A stretch of DNA of 64,000 nucleotides from Armatimonadota bacterium (GTDB lineage: Bacteria > Armatimonadota > HRBIN16). Positions 8,538 to 16,764 of this stretch are shown here, piece after piece (position 1 is the stretch's first letter; each line of letters opens with the position of its first letter). Location: positions 2,560,001 to 2,624,000 of the forward strand of contig OY781964.1 in assembly GCA_963677485.1 (NCBI GenBank), written 5' to 3'. Below the pieces are notes generated by a model. That model was not told where the DNA came from and ran no database searches. It saw nothing but the letters and a program-made list of their open reading frames with translations. The translations under genes were made by a program, and so were the position numbers.

Positions 8538-10175
8538 ATGGGAGATTCGCCACTTATGCCATCCACCACCATCTGCGTCAAGTGCCTCAGCAAGGGAGAT
8601 ATCATCTCCAAAAGTGCGGCAATATTGGGTCAGCAACTGAAGCAGCGCTGCAATATCAACGTCAGTCACTCAGGGAAGGCGGAGCTGAACGTGCAACTTC
8701 GGTTGAACCCAGAGCTTGGCATCAACGGATATGCGATCAGCCAGGAGGCCGCAACCATCACCATCGAAGGCGGCGACCAGCCCGGTGTGCTGTATGGTGT
8801 GGGAGGGTTCCTCAGAGACGGCACCTATCACAGCGATGGCTTTCAGCCTGGCCCCTGGTGCGGCCAGTCGACGCCCACACTGCCGGTGCGCGGTATCTAC
8901 TTTGCCACCCACTTTCACAACTTCTACCACGACGCACCGATTGAAGATGTGCAGCGGTATGTGGAGGAGCTGGCACTGTGGGGCGTGAACAGCCTGATGG
9001 TCTGGTTTGACATGCACCACTACCACGGCATCAACGACCCCGCCGCCCAGCAGATGATTCATCGGCTCCGCTTGATCCTGCAGACCGCGAAAGGCGTAGG
9101 TATGGGACGAGGTCTAGGGGTGATCGGTAATGAGGGATACGCCAACAGTCCTGTGGCGATGCGCTCCAAGGGGCCGGGTCGTGGCGGCTACTACGGTGTG
9201 GAAATCTGCCCCAACCAGCCGGGTGCGAAGCAGCAGATTGTGGGCCAGTTCCGCGAGCTGTTCGAGCAGTTTAAGGACATCGGCATCACCGATATGTGGA
9301 TATGGCCATACGATCAAGGCTCGTGCTCCTGTGAAAAGTGCCAGCCATGGGGCAGTAACGGCTTTTTGAGTATCGCCAAACCGGTGGCGGATCAGGCACG
9401 CAGCAGCTTCCCTGGTGTCAAAGTGTATCTTTCCACATGGTATTTCGATGAAACGGAGTGGCAGGGGTTAGCGGAGGCGTTCCGCGTGCGTCCGAACTGG
9501 CTGGATGCGCTCATCTCCGAGCCCGGCAGTGCCGCTTTCACCAAATCCTCCCCGGGTGGCTTGCCGGCTTTAGGTTTCCCTGAGATCAGCATGAACGGCA
9601 TGTGGCCATGGGGCGGGTTTGGCGCCAATCCTCAGCCTGCAGCCCTCCAGAGATATTGGGATGCCGTCGGGAAGCAGAGCATGGGGGGATACCCCTATTC
9701 AGAGGGCATCTTTGAGGACATCAACAAGGTCATCTGTGCTCAGCTTTACTGGAACCCCGACGCATCGATAGAAGATATTTTGAAGTCCTACATAGCTTAC
9801 GAGTTCAGCCCCGAGCTGCAGTCGGAGCTGTTGATGGTGTTGCATACGCTGGAGCAGAACCACCACTTCCGCGGGTGGCCGGGCCTGTTTGAGGACTATG
9901 AAGGCTGGTTCCCCACCAAAGGAATAGCCCCGCAATCGGACCCAGGTGCGGAAGCGGCTTATGAGGCAATCAAACAGGCCGACACGCAGCTAACGCCCTA
10001 CGCCAGGAAAAGCTGGCGCTGGCGTGTAGTTTATCTGCGCGTGCTGTTGGATGCCGAACTGAAGATGAATGGCGGCAAACCCAATCTTGCCTGCGAACGT
10101 GCCTTCAGGGAGCTGACGAAAATCTACCACGCGGAGAATGGGCAGATAGACGTCAAACCGCCGGCCGCAGGCTGA
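8538..10175 (+). CDS. Putative glycoside hydrolase with a GH20/GH67-type N-terminal domain
   Basis: GYAI...ITIEGGDQPGVLYGVGGFLR and PTLPVRGIY motifs typical of this N-terminal domain, followed by a barrel-like region (WPYDQGSCSCEKC). Confidence 0.65.
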   Translation: MGDSPLMPSTTICVKCLSKGDIISKSAAILGQQLKQRCNINVSHSGKAELNVQLRLNPELGINGYAISQEAATITIEGGDQPGVLYGVGGFLRDGTYHSDGFQPGPWCGQSTPTLPVRGIYFATHFHNFYHDAPIEDVQRYVEELALWGVNSLMVWFDMHHYHGINDPAAQQMIHRLRLILQTAKGVGMGRGLGVIGNEGYANSPVAMRSKGPGRGGYYGVEICPNQPGAKQQIVGQFRELFEQFKDIGITDMWIWPYDQGSCSCEKCQPWGSNGFLSIAKPVADQARSSFPGVKVYLSTWYFDETEWQGLAEAFRVRPNWLDALISEPGSAAFTKSSPGGLPALGFPEISMNGMWPWGGFGANPQPAALQRYWDAVGKQSMGGYPYSEGIFEDINKVICAQLYWNPDASIEDILKSYIAYEFSPELQSELLMVLHTLEQNHHFRGWPGLFEDYEGWFPTKGIAPQSDPGAEAAYEAIKQADTQLTPYARKSWRWRVVYLRVLLDAELKMNGGKPNLACERAFRELTKIYHAENGQIDVKPPAAG

Positions 10176-10284
10176 ATTATCGATGTCCACCGCCCGGCAG
10201 CTAGATCACATGCCGGGTCGATATTGGTCTGATCTGGCTGTTTGAAAAGCGTGAGCTGGGCGTTGTGTGTTAGACTAACCCTGA

Positions 10285-12102
10285 ATGCATCGCACGCATA
10301 CGCATCATTTCGAGTCACAGTTGAATAACAAAAGGTCTATAGATATAAATATTCCGCTATCTGTCATCTGGAGTTGGGATAGTCCGATCACGGCTGAACA
10401 AGCCGTCACGCAACTAGAAAGAATCGCTGAACTTGGGATCAAACAGGTGATGATCGAATGGTCTCCAGGTGCGGTTCCGTTCTGGAGCGATCGTTGGCAT
10501 AGTTGCTTCGAGGCCGTGCTGCATACGGCGCAGAGTATCGGGGTGCAAATCATACTCCGTGACGGCAACATGCCAGAGGACGACGCCTCCGAATGCTTGG
10601 CCGGGCGGCCAGGTGTCGCACGACATCTCAACCATAAGCTGATAATAGTCGGCCGCAATGAACGCCTCGTTGCCCCTCTGCCGATGGGTGATCTGGTGGG
10701 TGCCCGCGCATATGGCCTGGAGAACGGGCAGTTAAATGCGGAGAACAGTATCAACCTCGACCAGTTCGTGACCGGCAACCTGCTCGATTGGTATTGCTCG
10801 TTTGATTTGGCACTCATTACTGTGTTTTGCTCTGCGCTTGATGATGGCAATAGCTGCGATCAGTTCATATTTGATGATTTCCGGCTGCACTGCCTGGAAG
10901 CGAAGCTGGCGGAAATCCAGCGCCGCTACCAGGGTTATATGGGCAACACCCTCAGCGGCTGGGCCTTGACTGTGGCGGCCTGCCAGCATAGCCTCATATG
11001 GACGCCTCTCTTCCCTACCCAATTCGAGGATCGCACCGGTTACAACCTGGTAGACCATCTTGCGTTGCTGGTGCTAGAGGGAGCAGGATGTGAAACCATC
11101 CGCCGCGACTACCACGATGTGGCCGGTGATTTGATCATTGAAAACTTCCTGGAACCCAGCCGACGATGGATACGCAGTTGCGGGATCCGGCTTTACGGCG
11201 GCCTTAGTTGGGAAGAGAATGGGGACACTCTGGACAGCCTGTCGCTGAACCGGATGCGCCTGCTGAGGCACGTGGACAGTGCCCTGGTTGAGCAAATGCC
11301 GGAGCAACGGGACCTGCTCTCGATGTCGATGGCTTCAGCCGTCGCTGACCGAACTGAGTCTGTGCTGCGCGGAGCACTGAGCCAACCGATAACGGATTCG
11401 CTCACGCGCATACAGGAGTCATTAAAACTTGGGGCGGATTTGGTCTGGCTCGACTCCGTGGAAAGCAGCGACACCGAATCTGGGCTCATCGGCCTTCAGA
11501 GCATCATCAACGAGCTCCAATCCTCGGATCAGCTTGATGACCCAGCGGATTCCACCGGCATATATCATCCTAGCAAAACGCTGGCGGCTTACTCCGCGAT
11601 TTATGACCCGTTGAAAGGTCTACGCGAAAACCCAGCCATGGTTGCTGATGGTGATCGTGCCCGCCGAATGAACATTCAGTTGGAACAGATGTGCGAGATG
11701 ATGAACCAGAACAGCGTGAACGCGAAGATACTGGACACACCACTGCTATGCGGGCTGCAGGCATGTGATGGTGGTTATCTACAAGCCAGGCTGGGCGGCA
11801 TTCGTTATCGAAGCATCATATTGCCCGGCGTGCTGGTGGTCAGCCTGTCTGAACTGCTGTTACTGGAGGAGTTCGTCAGTAAGGGTGGATTGCTCATAGC
11901 ATGGGGATCACTGCCCACTCACAGTGCAGATACCGATGAGAGACATAGGCTGATGTCGTGTTGCCAGCGGCTTTTTGGTTGCGACACTAACCCCAAAGAG
12001 GCATGCAGTCATCCACATGGCTTAGGCAGATCGAACTTCATCCCTTTTGAGGCTGGTTCAGAAAAAGCGTGTATTCAGAATATGATCTCTATGGTCAGTT
12101 AG
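10285..12102 (+). CDS. Divergent GH106 (alpha-L-rhamnosidase)-like protein; start uncertain
   Basis: Conserved scaffold (WSW, FWSDRW, WTPLFPTQFEDRTGYNL, IRRDYHDV, YRSIILPG), but the usual acidic motifs look degenerate. Confidence 0.55.
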   Translation: MHRTHTHHFESQLNNKRSIDINIPLSVIWSWDSPITAEQAVTQLERIAELGIKQVMIEWSPGAVPFWSDRWHSCFEAVLHTAQSIGVQIILRDGNMPEDDASECLAGRPGVARHLNHKLIIVGRNERLVAPLPMGDLVGARAYGLENGQLNAENSINLDQFVTGNLLDWYCSFDLALITVFCSALDDGNSCDQFIFDDFRLHCLEAKLAEIQRRYQGYMGNTLSGWALTVAACQHSLIWTPLFPTQFEDRTGYNLVDHLALLVLEGAGCETIRRDYHDVAGDLIIENFLEPSRRWIRSCGIRLYGGLSWEENGDTLDSLSLNRMRLLRHVDSALVEQMPEQRDLLSMSMASAVADRTESVLRGALSQPITDSLTRIQESLKLGADLVWLDSVESSDTESGLIGLQSIINELQSSDQLDDPADSTGIYHPSKTLAAYSAIYDPLKGLRENPAMVADGDRARRMNIQLEQMCEMMNQNSVNAKILDTPLLCGLQACDGGYLQARLGGIRYRSIILPGVLVVSLSELLLLEEFVSKGGLLIAWGSLPTHSADTDERHRLMSCCQRLFGCDTNPKEACSHPHGLGRSNFIPFEAGSEKACIQNMISMVS

Positions 12103-12136
12103 CGAAATAACACCACAGCGACCATATCATGGCTAC

Positions 12137-13249
12137 CTACTTCTCCCACACGATCTTCACTGGATGCAGTTCGGTACACCAAAAAGCCCAGTTCAAGCCC
12201 GGATTCGCACTATACGCATATCCCAGATAGATGGGGCGTTTGGTGTCGATCTGCCCCTCCGGGTCGGCACTGATGCCGCAGTTCGATATCCATGTGCGCA
12301 GATTATGAGTTACATGGACGGGTTCACTCCAGGTGATCCCATCACGTGAGGTTCTCACAGCGATAAAGCTGTGATCAGTGAACCGGCTGGCGGTACTCAC
12401 GGCAATGAAGCATTTATATGCAGGAACGTACTTCACATCAGCACTATCTTCGGCATCTAGACGATCCCACGCGGCTCCAAAAAGCTTCAGCTTTGCGGGC
12501 CAGTTATCATCATCGGCAGGCGCGGTTGCCACCATGGTGCGGTCAATGCTCGCACTCTTGCCTCCTTGCCCTGGCCAGCTGCCAAGAGTGTAATAGATGA
12601 ACAGCCTCTTGCCCACGCGGACAAAGCTTGGTTCACCCGCACCCCACCACTTCACCGGGCTGTGAAATGAAACCAGCGGAACGGGGCTGGTGCCTCCCCA
12701 GCCTTTACCGTTCCATTTTGCGTATGGACCTGTGGGGCTGGTGCTGCGGGCCACGAACACTTCATTACGATTGCTCGGCATATTATCAACACCGGTCGTG
12801 CCCAGGTAGTAATATGATCCCAGCTTGATCACGCCAGGGTCGCAGGTGCTGTATTTTTCGCGTGAACTGGGGACGGGCCTGAGAACTACTGTCTCTGGGC
12901 CGGTCGGCTTGCCGTCGGCACTCAGCTTTTGGTGCCGGATCCAGTCCCACTGCCAGTACATTCCATCGACCACACCTTCGTATGGGTATGCCTCACCGAA
13001 CAGTTTTGCGCCGGCGAAATCAGTAGCCGCATTGTCATCTACCGAGCCGCCAGGGGCCGAAAAGAAGGCATCGATGCTGCCGTCTGGATTCATCAGCATG
13101 GTGGGACCATATCGGTATAGCCCTCCAAAAGTCACTTTTGAGGGGTCGAATATGGTCCAGCCCGGCCCCGCTTCTATGGTCAGACGACGGATGGGTGTAG
13201 GATGAGTGCTCTTGGCGACATCGCCCATGGCATGACCGCTTAGCGATAA
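12137..13249 (-). pseudogene. Main body of a secreted five-bladed beta-propeller hydrolase (GH43/GH32-like clan), interrupted by the IS110 element
   Basis: Motifs CDPGVIK, VARSTSPTGPY, WGAGEPS and RTSRDGITWS. Its first 19 codons lie at 15520-15464. Confidence 0.8.
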
Positions 13250-13350
13250 CCAGGCACCCGCCCGTAGGGGAACAACGACACAAAGACCGTCCCAAGGGGC
13301 GGGCACGTGAAGGATCACGTGCCTTTGCCCTGGGTTTACTGCACTTCATC

Positions 13351-13701
13351 TTAGAAGTTGCTTGGTTCTAAGGAGTTACGCGTTAGCGTATAGCGTGGTG
13401 TGCCGTTGAAAGTGCGCACACCAATAGTGACTGGCCAAAACACATCCCATCCAATAGAAGTGTATTCCTTCGGTGCCCACTCAGATACACAGTAAGTGGT
13501 GTCACCTGCAAGTATTTTGTAGTCCACCACTTCCCGTTGATCGTTGCCAACATATCTGCGATTGCGTCCAACAACTACCCCTGCAAGCATAAGGCCTTGA
13601 TGGACTGAACTCGTCGTGTCTAGGTTTTCCACGGATGTTTCACTACTAAACTCGTGGGTTGTCACGTGTGCAATCGTCTCGTTGGTTTTCGGGTCTATCA
13701 T
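13351..13701 (-). CDS. Small OB-fold/SSB-like protein (116 aa) coupled to the IS110 recombinase
   Basis: ATG at 13701 overlaps the recombinase TGA (ATGA). Five-strand OB-like pattern in the C-terminal half; ends in Phe. Fold assignment is by eye. Confidence 0.65.
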   Translation of the reverse strand: MIDPKTNETIAHVTTHEFSSETSVENLDTTSSVHQGLMLAGVVVGRNRRYVGNDQREVVDYKILAGDTTYCVSEWAPKEYTSIGWDVFWPVTIGVRTFNGTPRYTLTRNSLEPSNF

Positions 13702-15119
13702 TTCTTTACGTGGGGCTGAAGGATTACCTTCACGTGCATCAGGCATTTTTCGCCAACTCCTCTAATTTGTGATAGTGCTCCTGAATCGTAGGCTTTACCT
13801 AGTTCATCGGCAGTGCTGTAGTGTGATAGTAGCTTCGCGTAACGGCCATATTCATCCACAGTGAGAACTTTACCGTCATAGCGAGTAGGCTCGAAGTAAG
13901 TGTATAGTTCGTATTTGAACATCTCACCTCGGTTGCTGACGTGATACGATGCCTCGATCATACGTCGGGCTACCGCACCACATGCCTTTTTGAAACCTCC
14001 TTTCTTCTGTCGTTTCCACATATTGTATCCCCAGTTACCCAGCGCTTCCTTGGGTCTGGCAATGAGGATTTGTGCGGCATGAGTGAGTGCTGAGTGTAAC
14101 TTTTGATTCCCTCCACGCCTGGCCTGTGAGGTGACTTTACCTGCGCTGACCTTCAGGCTGGGGTCACAGCCGGCATATGCGGCTAGAGCCTTCGCATTTG
14201 GAAATCGCGTGGGGGTGATTACTTCCGTCATCCAGTAGAGGGTACTGAGTGGGCCGAAACCGGGGATGGAGAGCAGCAGCTCTTTCAATCGGGTTCCATT
14301 GACAATTTCACCCGTTCCCAGAGTAAACTCTGTTGTGTCAGCGGTTTTCTGGGCGATCTGTTCATACTTCTTGACTTTACTAATCGCATCGTCGTATTCT
14401 TTATACAGTTCATAGAAAACGGGTCTAACGGTTGGTGGGATGCCATCAGGGCACACACCGTTAGATCGAACAGGCCTATCCTCAAGCAAGTCTTGAATGA
14501 TGGCTCGGCCACGTGATGACACTACGGGGTCTTCTGCGCCTATGGTGTGCCCGTATCGCAGCAGAAAATTATTGATGCGGTTTGAGGCTCGAAGTGCCAT
14601 TCTTTTGGCGTCTTCGCGCATGTTTAGAAATATACGCAGCGTTTGTATGGGCATGGGTGCCAGGTATGATACCGGCCACATGCCAGTGATGGCATGGTAT
14701 GCCAACAGCCGAGAGTCCAGTACATCCGTTTTACGTCTGGACGGGCTAGCGAGTAACGGATTGACCACCGATGGGATACCACCAAATGCCCTGATGATGG
14801 GCAGGTGATATGTGCCGGTGCTCTCTATTGTGTATGCCAGACCGTGACTGTCAAGGGTATCTATGGCATCTTGATCGCCATATTTGAGTATGGTTTCTAT
14901 ACACCAATCTCGTGCTTGACAGAGTTGGTTCCATGAGGTAGTAAACTGCTGTTCGTGGCGTTTTACCCCATTTTCATTCCTGACATTGACACAAACTTGA
15001 ATGAAGCGCGAATGACAGTCAATACCCACACCAAATGCCTTAAGGCTATATGCTTCTACCGCATCCTCTTGTTGAGAGGGGTCGGTGAACGAATCTCCTA
15101 TTCGTGGTATATCCGACAT
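13698..15119 (-). CDS. IS110-family DEDD recombinase/transposase with a C-terminal HhH/alphaCTD-like extension
   Basis: GID (D34), IESTG (E99), KTDVLD (D132/D135). Transposase_20 region LLSIPGFGP...AYAGCDPSLKVSAGK...GGNQKL with the catalytic Ser retained. Confidence 0.93.
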   Translation of the reverse strand: MSDIPRIGDSFTDPSQQEDAVEAYSLKAFGVGIDCHSRFIQVCVNVRNENGVKRHEQQFTTSWNQLCQARDWCIETILKYGDQDAIDTLDSHGLAYTIESTGTYHLPIIRAFGGIPSVVNPLLASPSRRKTDVLDSRLLAYHAITGMWPVSYLAPMPIQTLRIFLNMREDAKRMALRASNRINNFLLRYGHTIGAEDPVVSSRGRAIIQDLLEDRPVRSNGVCPDGIPPTVRPVFYELYKEYDDAISKVKKYEQIAQKTADTTEFTLGTGEIVNGTRLKELLLSIPGFGPLSTLYWMTEVITPTRFPNAKALAAYAGCDPSLKVSAGKVTSQARRGGNQKLHSALTHAAQILIARPKEALGNWGYNMWKRQKKGGFKKACGAVARRMIEASYHVSNRGEMFKYELYTYFEPTRYDGKVLTVDEYGRYAKLLSHYSTADELGKAYDSGALSQIRGVGEKCLMHVKVILQPHVKK

Positions 15120-15192
15120 GTTGTTATCGTCGCCCCCTTATGCGCAGCCTGGTTAACAGTAGTCACGCTACTATTGAATATACGGCGCTGTG
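15060..15192 (-). ncRNA. Candidate bridge/seek-type RNA in the structured leader of the recombinase
   Basis: Downstream of a consensus promoter. Stems AAUAGUAG/CUACUGUU, GUCGG/CCGAC and ACGAAU/AUUCGU; 8-nt complements of both element ends. Confidence 0.4.
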
Positions 15193-15197
15193 TAATA

Positions 15198-15226
15198 ATT
15201 ATGGTGTATATATTTCTACGTGTCAA
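15198..15226 (-). promoter_or_regulatory. Sigma70-type promoter for the IS110 transcript
   Basis: TTGACA-N17-CATAAT on the minus strand, with an A/T tract upstream. Confidence 0.8.
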
Positions 15227-15279
15227 GGCTTTTTTACTAAATTTCAAGATATTTTTTCAAAATTTTTCGAAATTGGGTT

Positions 15280-15309
15280 TTGACACACTTTTTAGTCGAT
15301 AGTGACAAT
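15280..15309 (+). promoter_or_regulatory. Possible divergent outward-facing promoter in the IS110 left end
   Basis: TTGACA-N18-GACAAT. Confidence 0.45.
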
Positions 15310-15461
15310 AATTCGGTCGTATGGACCAAAATCGGCTTAGGTTTCTTTGAGGTATATTGCTGTGCTGTTCGGCGAAATGAGGTGTTTTTGCGGGCGGATT
15401 TGCCTAAACGGGTACGTACATTAATGTATAGTACGTACACTGTATATAGTCTTTATAGGAG

Positions 15462-15520
15462 AAGCTGCACACCAACGCAGTGATGAGAAACTGTATGAGT
15501 TTGCGAATACCTGTCGTCAT
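15462..15520 (-). pseudogene. 5' fragment (signal-peptide codons) of the interrupted beta-propeller hydrolase gene
   Basis: RBS AGAAGGGA (15538-15531), ATG at 15520, MTTGIRKLIQFLITALVCS then TT; joins in frame to 13247. Confidence 0.85.
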
Positions 15521-15708
15521 TTTGAGCTGATCCCTTCTGAATGCGAGACGGGGCATACTATTGATTCTCAGTATACAGCCTTAGCAGCACCGCGTGTCCC
15601 TTGCATGAGCAGTTGGTTATGTGCAAGAATCGGGTGATGCGGAACTGATGCGACTATAAATACAGCAATATCCAGCATACCGGAACTGATGAAATAGAGG
15701 ACAACTTA

Positions 15709-16692
15709 ATGAGTGCAATGACTTCCCGCGAACGAGTGCAATGTGTTTTGAACGGCGGAAAGCCTGACCGCGTACCGTTCAACTTCTGGATGGACCGCGA
15801 CATCATGGCCCGACTTGATGCGAAGTGGGGGGCGGACTTCCGGCTGACCCACTACGGTGTGGATGTGATCGAAGCCTTCGCAACGCTTCCTTTCTGGTGG
15901 ACAGTACCGCCCAAAATGGTGCATGACGCCATCACCTCATGGCAGGTGGAGCCCATCATCGATGACATTCGCAAAGCGCTGGATCTGCCCTTACCCACAC
16001 AACAGCACATCGATGCGGTGACCCTGGACATCGAGGCGAAGCGTGCAGCCAACCCGGATAAGGCGATCTTTGCCCTCACATTAGCTCCGCTGGATATCAT
16101 CTTCCCTCTACGCCTGATGGAAGGCGCGATGATCGATATGATGGATTACCCCGATGAGTTACATGAGGTGCTCAGGCGGTACCGGAGCATCATGATCCCT
16201 GCCATGGAGAAGGTCTGCGCATCCGATATCGATGTGTTGTATCTGGCGGGTGATATTTGCAGCGTGAACGGGCCGATGATCTCACCGAAGCTTCTGCGTG
16301 AGTTCCATTTCGAGTATATGAAGGAACTGGTTGATATCGCCCATGCGGCCGGGAAGAAGGTTCTCTATCACACCGATGGCCGGCAGAACCATCTGTGGCC
16401 GATGTTCATGGAATACGGCTTTAACGGCGTGAACCCCGTGGAGGCGCGTTACCACGACTACAACGACTTCGTGGCCGATACGCGGGGAAAGCTCACGTTG
16501 TATGGCGGTCTAGATAACTGCAACGTCATCCCCAACGGCACCGTGGACGAAGTGCGTGCTCAGGTGCGCAGCGTATTCGACATCGTGGGTAAGAACGGCG
16601 GGCTGATCTTCAGCTCACACGACATCCCCTCCTGCGTTCCGATGGAGAACCTCGACGCCATGGTGGATGAGATCAAGAGCTGCACTTATTAG
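15709..16692 (+). CDS. Uroporphyrinogen decarboxylase/MtaA-CmuA methyltransferase superfamily protein
   Basis: MTSRERV...PDRVP, GDICSVNGPMISP, YHTDG, GGLD, GGLIFSSHDI and PMENL motifs. Confidence 0.88.
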   Translation: MSAMTSRERVQCVLNGGKPDRVPFNFWMDRDIMARLDAKWGADFRLTHYGVDVIEAFATLPFWWTVPPKMVHDAITSWQVEPIIDDIRKALDLPLPTQQHIDAVTLDIEAKRAANPDKAIFALTLAPLDIIFPLRLMEGAMIDMMDYPDELHEVLRRYRSIMIPAMEKVCASDIDVLYLAGDICSVNGPMISPKLLREFHFEYMKELVDIAHAAGKKVLYHTDGRQNHLWPMFMEYGFNGVNPVEARYHDYNDFVADTRGKLTLYGGLDNCNVIPNGTVDEVRAQVRSVFDIVGKNGGLIFSSHDIPSCVPMENLDAMVDEIKSCTY

Positions 16693-16733
16693 GTTGCCGG
16701 CTTGAGGCATAAAATGGGTATCATGTGGGAAAT

Positions 16734-16763
16734 ACGGATGGCTAACGCGAGTCAGCCATCCGT
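16734..16763. terminator. Hairpin between convergent genes
   Basis: ACGGATGGCTAAC-GCGA-GTCAGCCATCCGT. Confidence 0.65.
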
Positions 16764-16764
16764 C

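Larger units (their letters stand above)
13250..15461 (-). mobile_element. IS110-family insertion element with a passenger gene; TT core duplicated at 13248-13249 and 15462-15463
   Basis: Removing the element plus one core copy restores an in-frame signal peptide MTTGIRKLIQFLITALVCSLSLSGHAMG. Visibly AT-richer than the flanks; no terminal inverted repeats. Confidence 0.9.

Noticed and set aside
13250-13318. ORF-track N-terminus MILHVPAPW... of the 393-aa ORF
   Set aside because: These codons come from the IS right end; the real N-terminus lies at 15520-15464.
13702-13746. ORF-track start 13746 for the small IS passenger gene
   Set aside because: It overlaps the recombinase by 49 nt; the ATGA-coupled start at 13701 is more plausible.
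15120-15461. TIGR-like tandem guide array next to the IS110/Nop-related protein
   Set aside because: No periodic ~36-nt units or box C/D-like repeats are visible, and the protein has full DEDD and Tnp-serine domains with IS-type ends.
15440-15461. Promoter formed at the circle junction, as in IS621
   Set aside because: TATAAA/TATATA lie near the left end, but the best -35 in the right end (GTGCCT) is weak; not supportable.
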